DNA of 36,878 nucleotides from a bacterium (GTDB lineage Bacteria; RUG730; JBDRED01; JBHPKP01): NCBI GenBank assembly GCA_042566505.1, contig JBHPKP010000010.1, positions 1 to 36,878 of the forward strand, read 5' to 3'. Shown piece by piece: positions 29,969 to 36,878 of this stretch (position 1 is its first letter; each line of letters starts with the position of its first letter). The notes under the pieces were generated by a model. It saw only the letters and a program-made list of their open reading frames with translations, ran no database searches and was not told where the DNA came from. The position numbers and the translations under genes were made by a program.

Positions 29969-30626
29969 CTTCTTTTACCTCATAAATTTTTTCTGTTACT
30001 TTCGTCTTTTCTTTCATATCACTCTTTACTTTCCTAAACAATATATCATAAACCTGTTCCATTTTTTGTTTTCCCAAGCGATCAAACTCGTATTTACAAC
30101 ATACTTGTCTTTCTCTTGTTTTATTTCCCATTCTCTTTTATGTAACCTTTTAGTGCTTCGGTTACTATATAACTTATATTTATTTTCATCTTCCTGCTTA
30201 ATCCCCGAACCACCTTTATTAAACTTATTGGCAATTTGATTATTACTGCTTCTTTCTCCTCCGGAATTTCCATTGCTTGTCCTCTTATCAAAGCCTCTTG
30301 TACATAACGATATGCTTGCGGTCTCGATATCCCATACTCTTCTCTCATCATTTCGATTGCCTTCTGACTTGACGCAAATTCCTTCAACAACTTCAGCGCT
30401 GTGTTGATTCGTTTTACTTTTTCGATTTCTGTACTTCGTCCTTTCATAATTCATATTTATATATATTTTTGTGAACATGTCAACTAAAATCCTTTTTTTA
30501 TTTTATTACTTTCATCCACTTTCGATAACTTAATTTTTTGGAATTCCTCGTATCTTCGTCGTTCTCTTATTCTCCAGTCTTCTGGAAAGTTACAAATTCG
30601 ATCAAATTCAAATTTACCTATTGTAT
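28359..30626 (-). mobile_element. ~2.27 kb insertion element carrying a large serine recombinase plus a small DNA-binding protein, inserted into the AlbA_2 gene
   Basis: Both junctions carry the palindrome GTATAC, at 28356-28361 and 30623-30628. Joining the flanks at the central TA restores an uninterrupted frame, AIRETISNTICIPIVNAVIHRDY. The ends have imperfect terminal inverted repeats TACAATWGGTAAWTTTSAAT. GC content is visibly higher than in the flanks. Confidence 0.7.
30121..30447 (-). CDS. Small HTH/ribbon-helix-helix-like DNA-binding protein encoded upstream of the recombinase
   Basis: ISRPQAYRYVQEA is helix-turn-helix-like. The C-terminal VIIKLPISLIKVVRGLSRKMKINISYIVTEALKGYI is CopG/RHH-like. 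An overlapping 150-aa ORF in another frame is low-complexity and was disfavoured. Confidence 0.5.
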   Translation of the reverse strand: MKGRSTEIEKVKRINTALKLLKEFASSQKAIEMMREEYGISRPQAYRYVQEALIRGQAMEIPEEKEAVIIKLPISLIKVVRGLSRKMKINISYIVTEALKGYIKENGK

Positions 30627-31466
30627 ACATATCGTGTTACTGATTGTTTCTCGGATAGCTAATAGAGGCCATTCATAAACAGGTTCTCGTTGAGCTGTTT
30701 TTGGATTAATAATGTATTTTTTTCGAAAATGATCGATGAAGAATTCTTGAACAGAAGCTATTTGTTCAAAAATATTTGTTTTAAAATCAGCATATACTGA
30801 TATTGGACTTGATTTATCTTTCCCTTCAAAAATAGCACATTTAACTAAAGCTTCTGGTATATAATGTTGTATATCTTTTCCAAAACATAGAAGACCAGCA
30901 ATATTTAGTTTATTTCCTGTGAATAAATTCAGTTTATTTAAAATATCTTTTTGTTTGTCTTTTTTATGATTAGGGAGACTTCTTTCGTATTTAGCTTTCT
31001 TTAAAAACCAGTTTATCGTTTTGCGATCTAAAGCCCCTTTGTATCCATTTATAATTGTTTTCTCATAACGATATTTAGGATTATCTCTTTCATAAAGGAA
31101 CTTTTCAACTTCATAGCGAGAAAGATACATATTGCTGGTTCCAACTCGCTTAAAAGCTTTTCCCCTACAAAAGTAAGGTTTGCCAGGTCCATTTTTTATT
31201 TCTATAACTAAAAGACTTTTTCCATTTATTGTATCTTCGTAAATGTTTGGATATACCCTAGGTTCAATAGAAGATAAAATCATTGTTGATATTTTTTGGA
31301 TTGTTTTATCAGAAACATCTTGACCGACAATTTTGCCAGTATCATTTATACCAAAATATAAAGTACCTTCACCATTATTTGCAAAAGCACAGATGTCTTC
31401 TAGTGCTGATTTTATTTCAGCTGTTGATTTTTTAAATTCTATTTTTTGTGTTTCTTTTAATTTCAT
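30618..31466 (-). pseudogene. N-terminal (AlbA_2 domain) half of the disrupted Schlafen-like putative regulator
   Basis: FKKSTAEIKSALEDICAFANNGEGTLYFGINDTGKIVG is the AlbA_2 signature. The ORF ends ...AIRETISN and then runs into element sequence (TICIQ, stop). Confidence 0.7.
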
Positions 31467-31505
31467 TTTTTTAAAGATTTTATAGCAAAGATTTTATTAC
31501 AAATA

Positions 31506-31964
31506 CTAAACTATCTCAGCAGATAATGCCCATTCAATCACCCATTCAGATTCATGTTTTTCAAGACAAATGACTGAACTACTCTTAAAATCAAAAATCG
31601 ATAATAAGTCAGTATTTATGAACAAATATGATAACATTTTTTGGATGAAAGGTAAATGACTGACAACAATAACATTTTCGTCTATATTCTCTATTTCTGT
31701 AATGATATCTCTAGGGTCATCAAGTGGAGCAAGATTAGGTTTTTGGACTAATTTATCAGTGGAATCGATGTGTTCTGCAATTATGGAAGCAGTTTGTTTA
31801 GCTCTTAGCTTTGTACTGTGCCAAATATTGTCTGATTTATATGCAATTTTTTGAAGATGTTTAGCAATTTTTACAGTTTCTTGAATGCCTTTTTCGCTTA
31901 ATATTTTCTCATCAATTGTAGGACTTGATATTGAATCAGCATGACGAACAATTAATAATTTCAT
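31506..31964 (-). CDS. sixA: Histidine-phosphatase family protein, SixA-like
   Basis: LLIVRHADS (the RHG motif region) and a C-terminal SHLPFI; about 150 aa. Confidence 0.6.
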   Translation of the reverse strand: MKLLIVRHADSISSPTIDEKILSEKGIQETVKIAKHLQKIAYKSDNIWHSTKLRAKQTASIIAEHIDSTDKLVQKPNLAPLDDPRDIITEIENIDENVIVVSHLPFIQKMLSYLFINTDLLSIFDFKSSSVICLEKHESEWVIEWALSAEIV

Positions 31965-31979
31965 AACTTTCTCACAAAC

Positions 31980-32732
31980 TTATTTTTTTTTGAAATATTC
32001 CAACATACCAGACATGAGTTCAATAGGCAATGGGAAAATTGTAGTAGAGTTGTTTTCAGTAGCTATTTGACTCAGTGTTTGTAGATATCTAAGCTGTATT
32101 GATGTCGGATTTTTGCTCAATACATCAGCTGCATGTGATAATTTTTCCGATGCTTGATATTCTGCTTCAGCATGAATGATTTTTGCACGTCTTTCACGTT
32201 CTGCTTCTGCTTGCTGCGCAATTGCTCTTTGCATTTGTTCCGGAATCTGCACGTCTTTCACTTCAACTATAGTAACTTTTATTCCCCATGGATCCGTTTG
32301 CTCATCAATAATTTTTTGTAATTTGCCATTGATCTTATCACGTTGTCCCAAAAGTTCATCTAGTTCAGCTTCCCCTATCACGCTTCTAAGTGTTGTCTGA
32401 GAGATTTGTGATGTTGCATAAACATAATTTTCCACATCAACAATAGCTTTTGCAGGATCCAACACTCTAAAATAGCAAACAGCATTAACTTTGGCTGGCA
32501 CATTATCTTTCGTAATAATTTCTTGCACAGGTACGTCCAAAACCATAGTACGAAGGCTTACCTTTACCATTTTATCGATAATAGGAATAACAAAAAATAG
32601 TCCAGGTCCTTTTGCCCCAACCAAGCGACCAAGTCTAAAAATTACACCTCTTTCGTACTCTTTTACAACTTTAATAGAGTTGTAGAGAAAAATAACACCT
32701 AGGAAAATCAGTAAAATTGGATTGATGAACAT
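31980..32732 (-). CDS. SPFH/band-7 (stomatin-like) membrane protein
   Basis: An N-terminal transmembrane segment, then [15 protein letters not shown]...[14 protein letters not shown]...[17 protein letters not shown]. Confidence 0.85.
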   Translation of the reverse strand: MFINPILLIFLGVIFLYNSIKVVKEYERGVIFRLGRLVGAKGPGLFFVIPIIDKMVKVSLRTMVLDVPVQEIITKDNVPAKVNAVCYFRVLDPAKAIVDVENYVYATSQISQTTLRSVIGEAELDELLGQRDKINGKLQKIIDEQTDPWGIKVTIVEVKDVQIPEQMQRAIAQQAEAERERRAKIIHAEAEYQASEKLSHAADVLSKNPTSIQLRYLQTLSQIATENNSTTIFPLPIELMSGMLEYFKKK

Positions 32733-32810
32733 GTTAAAACCTCCAGCGAAATATTTTAATTAATATATAACTTTTTAATTTTTTTGTCATTATTATTATA
32801 CATGTGTAAA

Positions 32811-33569
32811 TTAATACTCTATCTTCTTCAAGAAAAGGCCTTTAGCTTCAGCAACTTGCCAATTTACAGTGCGTTTTCCACTTTTTAAAAGTTCCTTCAC
32901 GATCAATGGCTCAAAATTCTCTTTCCCGATTTCTAAAAGAAGACCAACCATAAATCTGATCATTTTGTGCAGGAATCTGTTACCTTTGATTACGAAATAT
33001 CTATATTTTTTTGTGTTAAAAATTTTAAATTGAATAATTTCACAGCTTGTCTGTTCCTTGGTATTGAATGACGTTGTGAATGCCTTAAAATTATGTGTTC
33101 CAATGAAATATTGGCCAGCTTGCTGCATTTTCTTTACATCCAAATTACTCCTAATCTGTGCAGAATATTTATAATCAAAAGGTAATGCGATATCTCCTAG
33201 AAAAACCCTATAAATATATTTTTTTGACTTTGCTTCTCGTCTAGGATCGAAACTTTTGGGAACTTTTTTAGCTTTTAGCACTTTTATGGTATCCGGAAGA
33301 AAATTATTTATTACAACAGGGATTTTTTCCATAGGAATTTCGAAAGCGGGTGTATATGCTGCAATATATCCAAGTGCATGCACACCAGCATCTGTACGAG
33401 ATGAACTCTTTATTTTCATATTCTTTTTGTAAAGTATTTTGAGGGCATTTTCAACAGTGCTTTGGATAGTTTTTATATTTTTTTTATTTGTTTGTATTTG
33501 CCAACCATTAAAATCCGTACCATCATAAGCTAATGTCAATTTAATTGAATAGTTCATTTTATATCTCAC
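32811..33569 (-). CDS. truA: tRNA pseudouridine(38-40) synthase
   Basis: LTLAYDGTDFNGWQIQ and the catalytic region SSSRTDAGVHALG. Confidence 0.85.
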   Translation of the reverse strand: MRYKMNYSIKLTLAYDGTDFNGWQIQTNKKNIKTIQSTVENALKILYKKNMKIKSSSRTDAGVHALGYIAAYTPAFEIPMEKIPVVINNFLPDTIKVLKAKKVPKSFDPRREAKSKKYIYRVFLGDIALPFDYKYSAQIRSNLDVKKMQQAGQYFIGTHNFKAFTTSFNTKEQTSCEIIQFKIFNTKKYRYFVIKGNRFLHKMIRFMVGLLLEIGKENFEPLIVKELLKSGKRTVNWQVAEAKGLFLKKIEY

Positions 33570-34083
33570 TAAAATTTATAAATTTATAATGCTCTTTTTT
33601 AAAAAAATCTTTGGTTTTAGGATCACATAGCATTTTACGTTCATCAATGTTTATCATTAATTCTACAGTACTGCCATCAGGTATTTTTTTCATATCTTCA
33701 AAATTTAAAGATTCTAGAAAATAATCAGTGGTTTTCAATCCATTCGAGTCTAAAAAAACTTTCATTCTTTGGTATAATTCATTTGTTTCATAAAATGCTT
33801 TGAAAAATCTTATAGTTTTAAGTCCTTCCGGTTTAGCAATTTTTATAATTAAAGGTAATAGCTCCTCTCTCAAATGTGTATGATGATAACTATCTATATG
33901 TGTAAATTTGAAACCAGATGCTTTATAATCACTGATTTGTTTATAAATTTCCTCTTCAATTTTCAATAATGGCACTTTTCCTTTTTTATAGTTTAGATTT
34001 GGATCAAAAAATTGAGTCAAATCAAGATGAAAACTATTATTAGATTTTCCATGATATTCTGTAGTGATAATAATTTTTCGCAT
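33559..34083 (-). CDS. YdjC/ChbG-family carbohydrate deacetylase homologue lacking the N-terminal ~60 residues (possible remnant)
   Basis: FTHIDSYHHTHLREELLPLIIKIAKPEGLKTIR aligns with the ChbG THLDSHHHVH... region. The N-terminal metal-binding NADDFG segment is absent. The ORF is wedged between ecfT and truA. Confidence 0.45.
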   Translation of the reverse strand: MRKIIITTEYHGKSNNSFHLDLTQFFDPNLNYKKGKVPLLKIEEEIYKQISDYKASGFKFTHIDSYHHTHLREELLPLIIKIAKPEGLKTIRFFKAFYETNELYQRMKVFLDSNGLKTTDYFLESLNFEDMKKIPDGSTVELMINIDERKMLCDPKTKDFFKKEHYKFINFSEI

Positions 34084-34097
34084 ATGTAAGCTCCAAA

Positions 34098-34886
34098 TTA
34101 TAAAAAAATAATAAATATAGGGATAATAAGAAATGTAATTGTGTCACGCCATGTGAATTTATTTGTAATTCCCAAATTATGAGTATCATGCGGAAGGATT
34201 TTTGGCAGGTGAAGAGCATCAATATATTTATTCAAGGATCGCCAAAACACTCTAAATGTAAGAAGACTACTCTTATATCTGTGTTTAAACGGTCCCTTTT
34301 TAAAGTTAAAACCTTTCTTTTCCAAGCGAGTATTAACAATATCAAAATGTCCGAATAAAATTGGGACTAAGCTTAATGAAAAAGTGAGAAGAATCGATAA
34401 AGTTCTCACATTAATTCCAAATATTCTAAGAAATCCAAAGATTTGTTCCAATGCAAAAATTAGAGACATTATCTGTGTTGTCATAGGAACGAGCATAGAG
34501 AGCAAAATTAGAAAAAGAATTCTACCAACTAGGATATTTCCTGTTTGTATACCGGTTTTACTCACTGTTATACCTATGAGTTTTATATCATTCAAATCTT
34601 TGGGTGTAAAAAATATATGAAATATATATGTAACTATTAAAAAAATTAAAATTGGCTTAAAATGCTTCAGAAGTGTGATAATGGATATTCGCGATAAGAT
34701 TACTAATAAACAGCTGAAAGCTACAAAAAAAACTATTAAATCAATTGTTTTAACAAAATATGAGAATATGGATATAAAGATTAGGAATAATACTTTTGTT
34801 CTGGGATCAAGTTTATGAATAAAAGAAGAGCCTTCTATGTACAAACTGCTTACGGCAGCTTGATCATATGTTTGAATATTTTCCAT
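34098..34886 (-). CDS. ecfT: ECF transporter transmembrane (T) component, CbiQ family
   Basis: A polytopic membrane protein with HKLDPRTKVLFLI, the EcfT signature. It lies upstream of truA, as in the ecfA-ecfA'-ecfT-truA arrangement, but no ecfA genes are adjacent. Confidence 0.7.
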   Translation of the reverse strand: MENIQTYDQAAVSSLYIEGSSFIHKLDPRTKVLFLIFISIFSYFVKTIDLIVFFVAFSCLLVILSRISIITLLKHFKPILIFLIVTYIFHIFFTPKDLNDIKLIGITVSKTGIQTGNILVGRILFLILLSMLVPMTTQIMSLIFALEQIFGFLRIFGINVRTLSILLTFSLSLVPILFGHFDIVNTRLEKKGFNFKKGPFKHRYKSSLLTFRVFWRSLNKYIDALHLPKILPHDTHNLGITNKFTWRDTITFLIIPIFIIFL

Positions 34887-34899
34887 ATTTAGCCTAATT

Positions 34900-35913
34900 T
34901 CAAATAATCTTTTGATTTATCAATTCTTCTGCGATTTGTACTGCATTACTTGCAGCACCTTTTAGTAGATTGTCACTTACTACCCACATATTCAAACCAT
35001 GTTTCACAGTTTCATCTTTTCGAATCCTACCAACAAATGTTTCATACTTATTTTCAGCAAAAATTGGCATAGGATATTTAGAGTTTTTTAGATCATCTTC
35101 GACTATGATACCCTTAAAATCGGATAGTAATTCACGTGCTTTTTCAGGAGATAATTCTTTTTCGGTTTCAATATTTATTGATTCTGCATGTCCACGATAT
35201 ACAGGAACTCTAACAGTTGTTGCAGTTACTTTAATTAATTCATCTTCCATGATCTTTTGGGTTTCAAGAATCATTTTCATTTCCTCTTTGGTATAGCCAT
35301 TTTCTAAAAACACATCTATTTGCGGGATTACATTATATGCTATTTGATATTGAAATTGTTTACATACCACTTTTTCACCATTTTCAATCTCTTTAATCTG
35401 CGAACTCAAGTCATCTATGCCTTTTTTTCCCGCACCTGATACAGCTTGATATGTGGAAACAACAACTCTTTTAATTTTTGCGTAATCATGCAAAGGCTTA
35501 AGTACTTGCACCATTTGAATAGTTGAGCAGTTTGGGTTTGCAATAATATAGCTGTCTTTTTTTAAAGCATCAGGATTAACCTCAGGCACAACAAGCGGGA
35601 TATCTTGTTCCATTCGCCATGCACTAGAGTTATCTATGACGTAAACACCAGCTGCCTTTGCATATGGTGCAAATTCTTTTGATGTAGCACCACCTGCAGA
35701 AAATAGTGCAATATCGTAATTTTTAAAAGAATCTTTATTTAAAACTTCAACTGCTATTTTTCCACCATTAAAATCTATTAATTTTCCTTCCGATCTTTGG
35801 GAAGCTAATAATTTTAGTTCACCAACCGGGAATTCTCTTTTTTCTAAAGTTGCGATCATTTCTCGACCCACTGCGCCTGTTGCACCTACAACTATAACTT
35901 TATAATTTTTCAT
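34900..35913 (-). CDS. asd: Aspartate-semialdehyde dehydrogenase
   Basis: N-terminal VGATGAVG Rossmann motif and the active-site region NPNCSTIQM. Confidence 0.9.
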   Translation of the reverse strand: MKNYKVIVVGATGAVGREMIATLEKREFPVGELKLLASQRSEGKLIDFNGGKIAVEVLNKDSFKNYDIALFSAGGATSKEFAPYAKAAGVYVIDNSSAWRMEQDIPLVVPEVNPDALKKDSYIIANPNCSTIQMVQVLKPLHDYAKIKRVVVSTYQAVSGAGKKGIDDLSSQIKEIENGEKVVCKQFQYQIAYNVIPQIDVFLENGYTKEEMKMILETQKIMEDELIKVTATTVRVPVYRGHAESINIETEKELSPEKARELLSDFKGIIVEDDLKNSKYPMPIFAENKYETFVGRIRKDETVKHGLNMWVVSDNLLKGAASNAVQIAEELINQKII

Positions 35914-36025
35914 TTTACTTTACTCCTAATGAAAATGCGTATTGTCCAAAACCTTTGACAATACTTTAAATATTTACTTTATTTATAGACGAGAATTGTT
36001 GCTTGGTTTTTAGTTCTCGTCTTAA

Positions 36026-36250
36026 CCCTCCCCTTTTTTCTAGCATTCCTAGCACTCACTGTGTCATTCCTGGCACCCCTCACCCCCTGGGTTGACTCAT
36101 GCTAAACGCCAATCTCTGTCTCTCATCTCCTGCCCCCCTCTCCCAAGCTCGTGAGTATAGACTGGGGACATAGTTTACAAAGTGTAAAGGATGTCCCCAT
36201 ACAAGTGTAAACTATGTCCCCAGTCTATACACTAAACTCAGGAGAGGGGA
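36026..36250. repeat. GC-rich structured insert containing a 24-bp perfect inverted repeat within a larger ~115-bp palindrome (MITE-like or structured RNA candidate)
   Basis: TATAGACTGGGGACATAGTTTACA at 36156-36179 and its exact reverse complement at 36206-36229. The 26-nt spacer carries a third partial copy (GGATGTCCCCATAC). Outer arms are CCCCTCTCC at 36135-36143 and GGAGAGGGG at 36241-36249. A direct repeat CATTCCTRGCAC lies at about 36044 and 36064. Confidence 0.5.
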
Positions 36251-36472
36251 ATACATTAAGGATTAACTTTTATTGTTTTTGTTATGTATAAAAAAAGACC
36301 ATTAACGCTCCAATATTATTCTGCATGAACATGACAAACACTATGCTAATTATGCGTTTCTTACTCAGCATTAGGATTTACTCCAAATTCTTGTTTTACC
36401 TAAAGTCGAGATATTTATTAATCTATTATTTTGTAAATGTTTTTTCAATATATTCTTTTTATTTGTAAAATA

Positions 36473-36486
36473 TGCACATATGTGCT
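36473..36486 (+). promoter_or_regulatory. Candidate LexA operator (SOS box), about 12 nt upstream of the lexA start
   Basis: Perfect 12-bp palindrome GCACATATGTGC, read in context as TGCAC-ATAT-GTGCT. LexA genes are usually autoregulated. Confidence 0.45.
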
Positions 36487-36497
36487 ATGTTTCTATC

Positions 36498-36878
36498 ATG
36501 GAAAATAAAATTTCAGAACTTCAAACCAAAATATTCGATACTATTGCAAAATTTATAGAAGATAATGGATATCCTCCAACACTCAGAGAACTGTGCAAAC
36601 TTACTAACACGACTTCCACTTGGACAATCCGTTATCATCTAAACAAACTGCAAGCAGCCCGCTATATCAAAATCCAAGAAGGCCTGTCCAGAGGAATCAT
36701 ACTTGTGCATAGGCAAGCTGGCATTCCCCTTGTTGGTCACATAAGTGCAGGACTGCCTATTGAAGCAATCGAAAATATCGAGGAATACATTAATATTGGG
36801 GATGTTTTTGGTCATAGTTTTGATATTTTTGCATTACGAATAACAGGTAATAGCATGATAGGCGCCGGCATTCATGAT
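36498..36878 (+). CDS. lexA: LexA repressor (3' end lies outside the window; 127 codons present)
   Basis: wHTH GYPPTLRELCKLTNTTSTWTIRYHLNKLQAARYIK, hinge PLVGHISAGLPIEAIENIEEY and ALRITGNSMIGAGIHD (catalytic Ser region). The ORF is open to the window end and is therefore absent from the ORF track. Confidence 0.85.
   Translation, partial: MENKISELQTKIFDTIAKFIEDNGYPPTLRELCKLTNTTSTWTIRYHLNKLQAARYIKIQEGLSRGIILVHRQAGIPLVGHISAGLPIEAIENIEEYINIGDVFGHSFDIFALRITGNSMIGAGIHD

Noticed and set aside
30026-30478. A 150-aa ORF overlapping the small HTH/RHH gene of the mobile element
   Set aside because: It is in a different frame across the same DNA and its sequence is low-complexity (Asn/Lys/Arg/Ser). The 108-aa frame has recognisable DNA-binding features.
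1-36878. CRISPR arrays, rRNA and tRNA genes
   Set aside because: No short direct-repeat array with regular spacing was found, and no rRNA-like or cloverleaf-compatible segments in intergenic regions.

Overview
This is about 37 kb of low-GC bacterial chromosome (roughly 30% GC by eye) from a diderm organism, judged from the LptA/LptB outer-membrane LPS export genes. Gene density is high. The housekeeping backbone is lptA'-lptB, a MoxR ATPase, a multi-repeat cell-wall amidase, argD, a cstA-family transporter, an RRM RNA-binding protein, a short-form metH, yceD-rpmF-plsX-fabH-fabD, polX, mtnA, sixA, an SPFH protein, truA, ecfT, asd and lexA'. Three accessory regions stand out. First, two adjacent large secreted proteins with eukaryote-like architecture: one carries ankyrin repeats plus two U-box E3-ligase domains, the other a Tiki/TraB-like domain plus a nucleotidyl-cyclase-like domain. 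Second, a roughly 5 kb zone of gene decay. It has convergent 5' fragments of ileS and mutS abutting with no intervening sequence, and a ~2.27 kb mobile element carrying a large serine recombinase that splits an AlbA_2/HATPase_c_4 gene at a palindromic GTATAC core. Third, a GC-rich palindromic insert just upstream of lexA, which itself carries a GCACATATGTGC operator-like palindrome. No rRNA, tRNA or CRISPR was seen. All calls rest on reading the translations against remembered family signatures; no searches were run.
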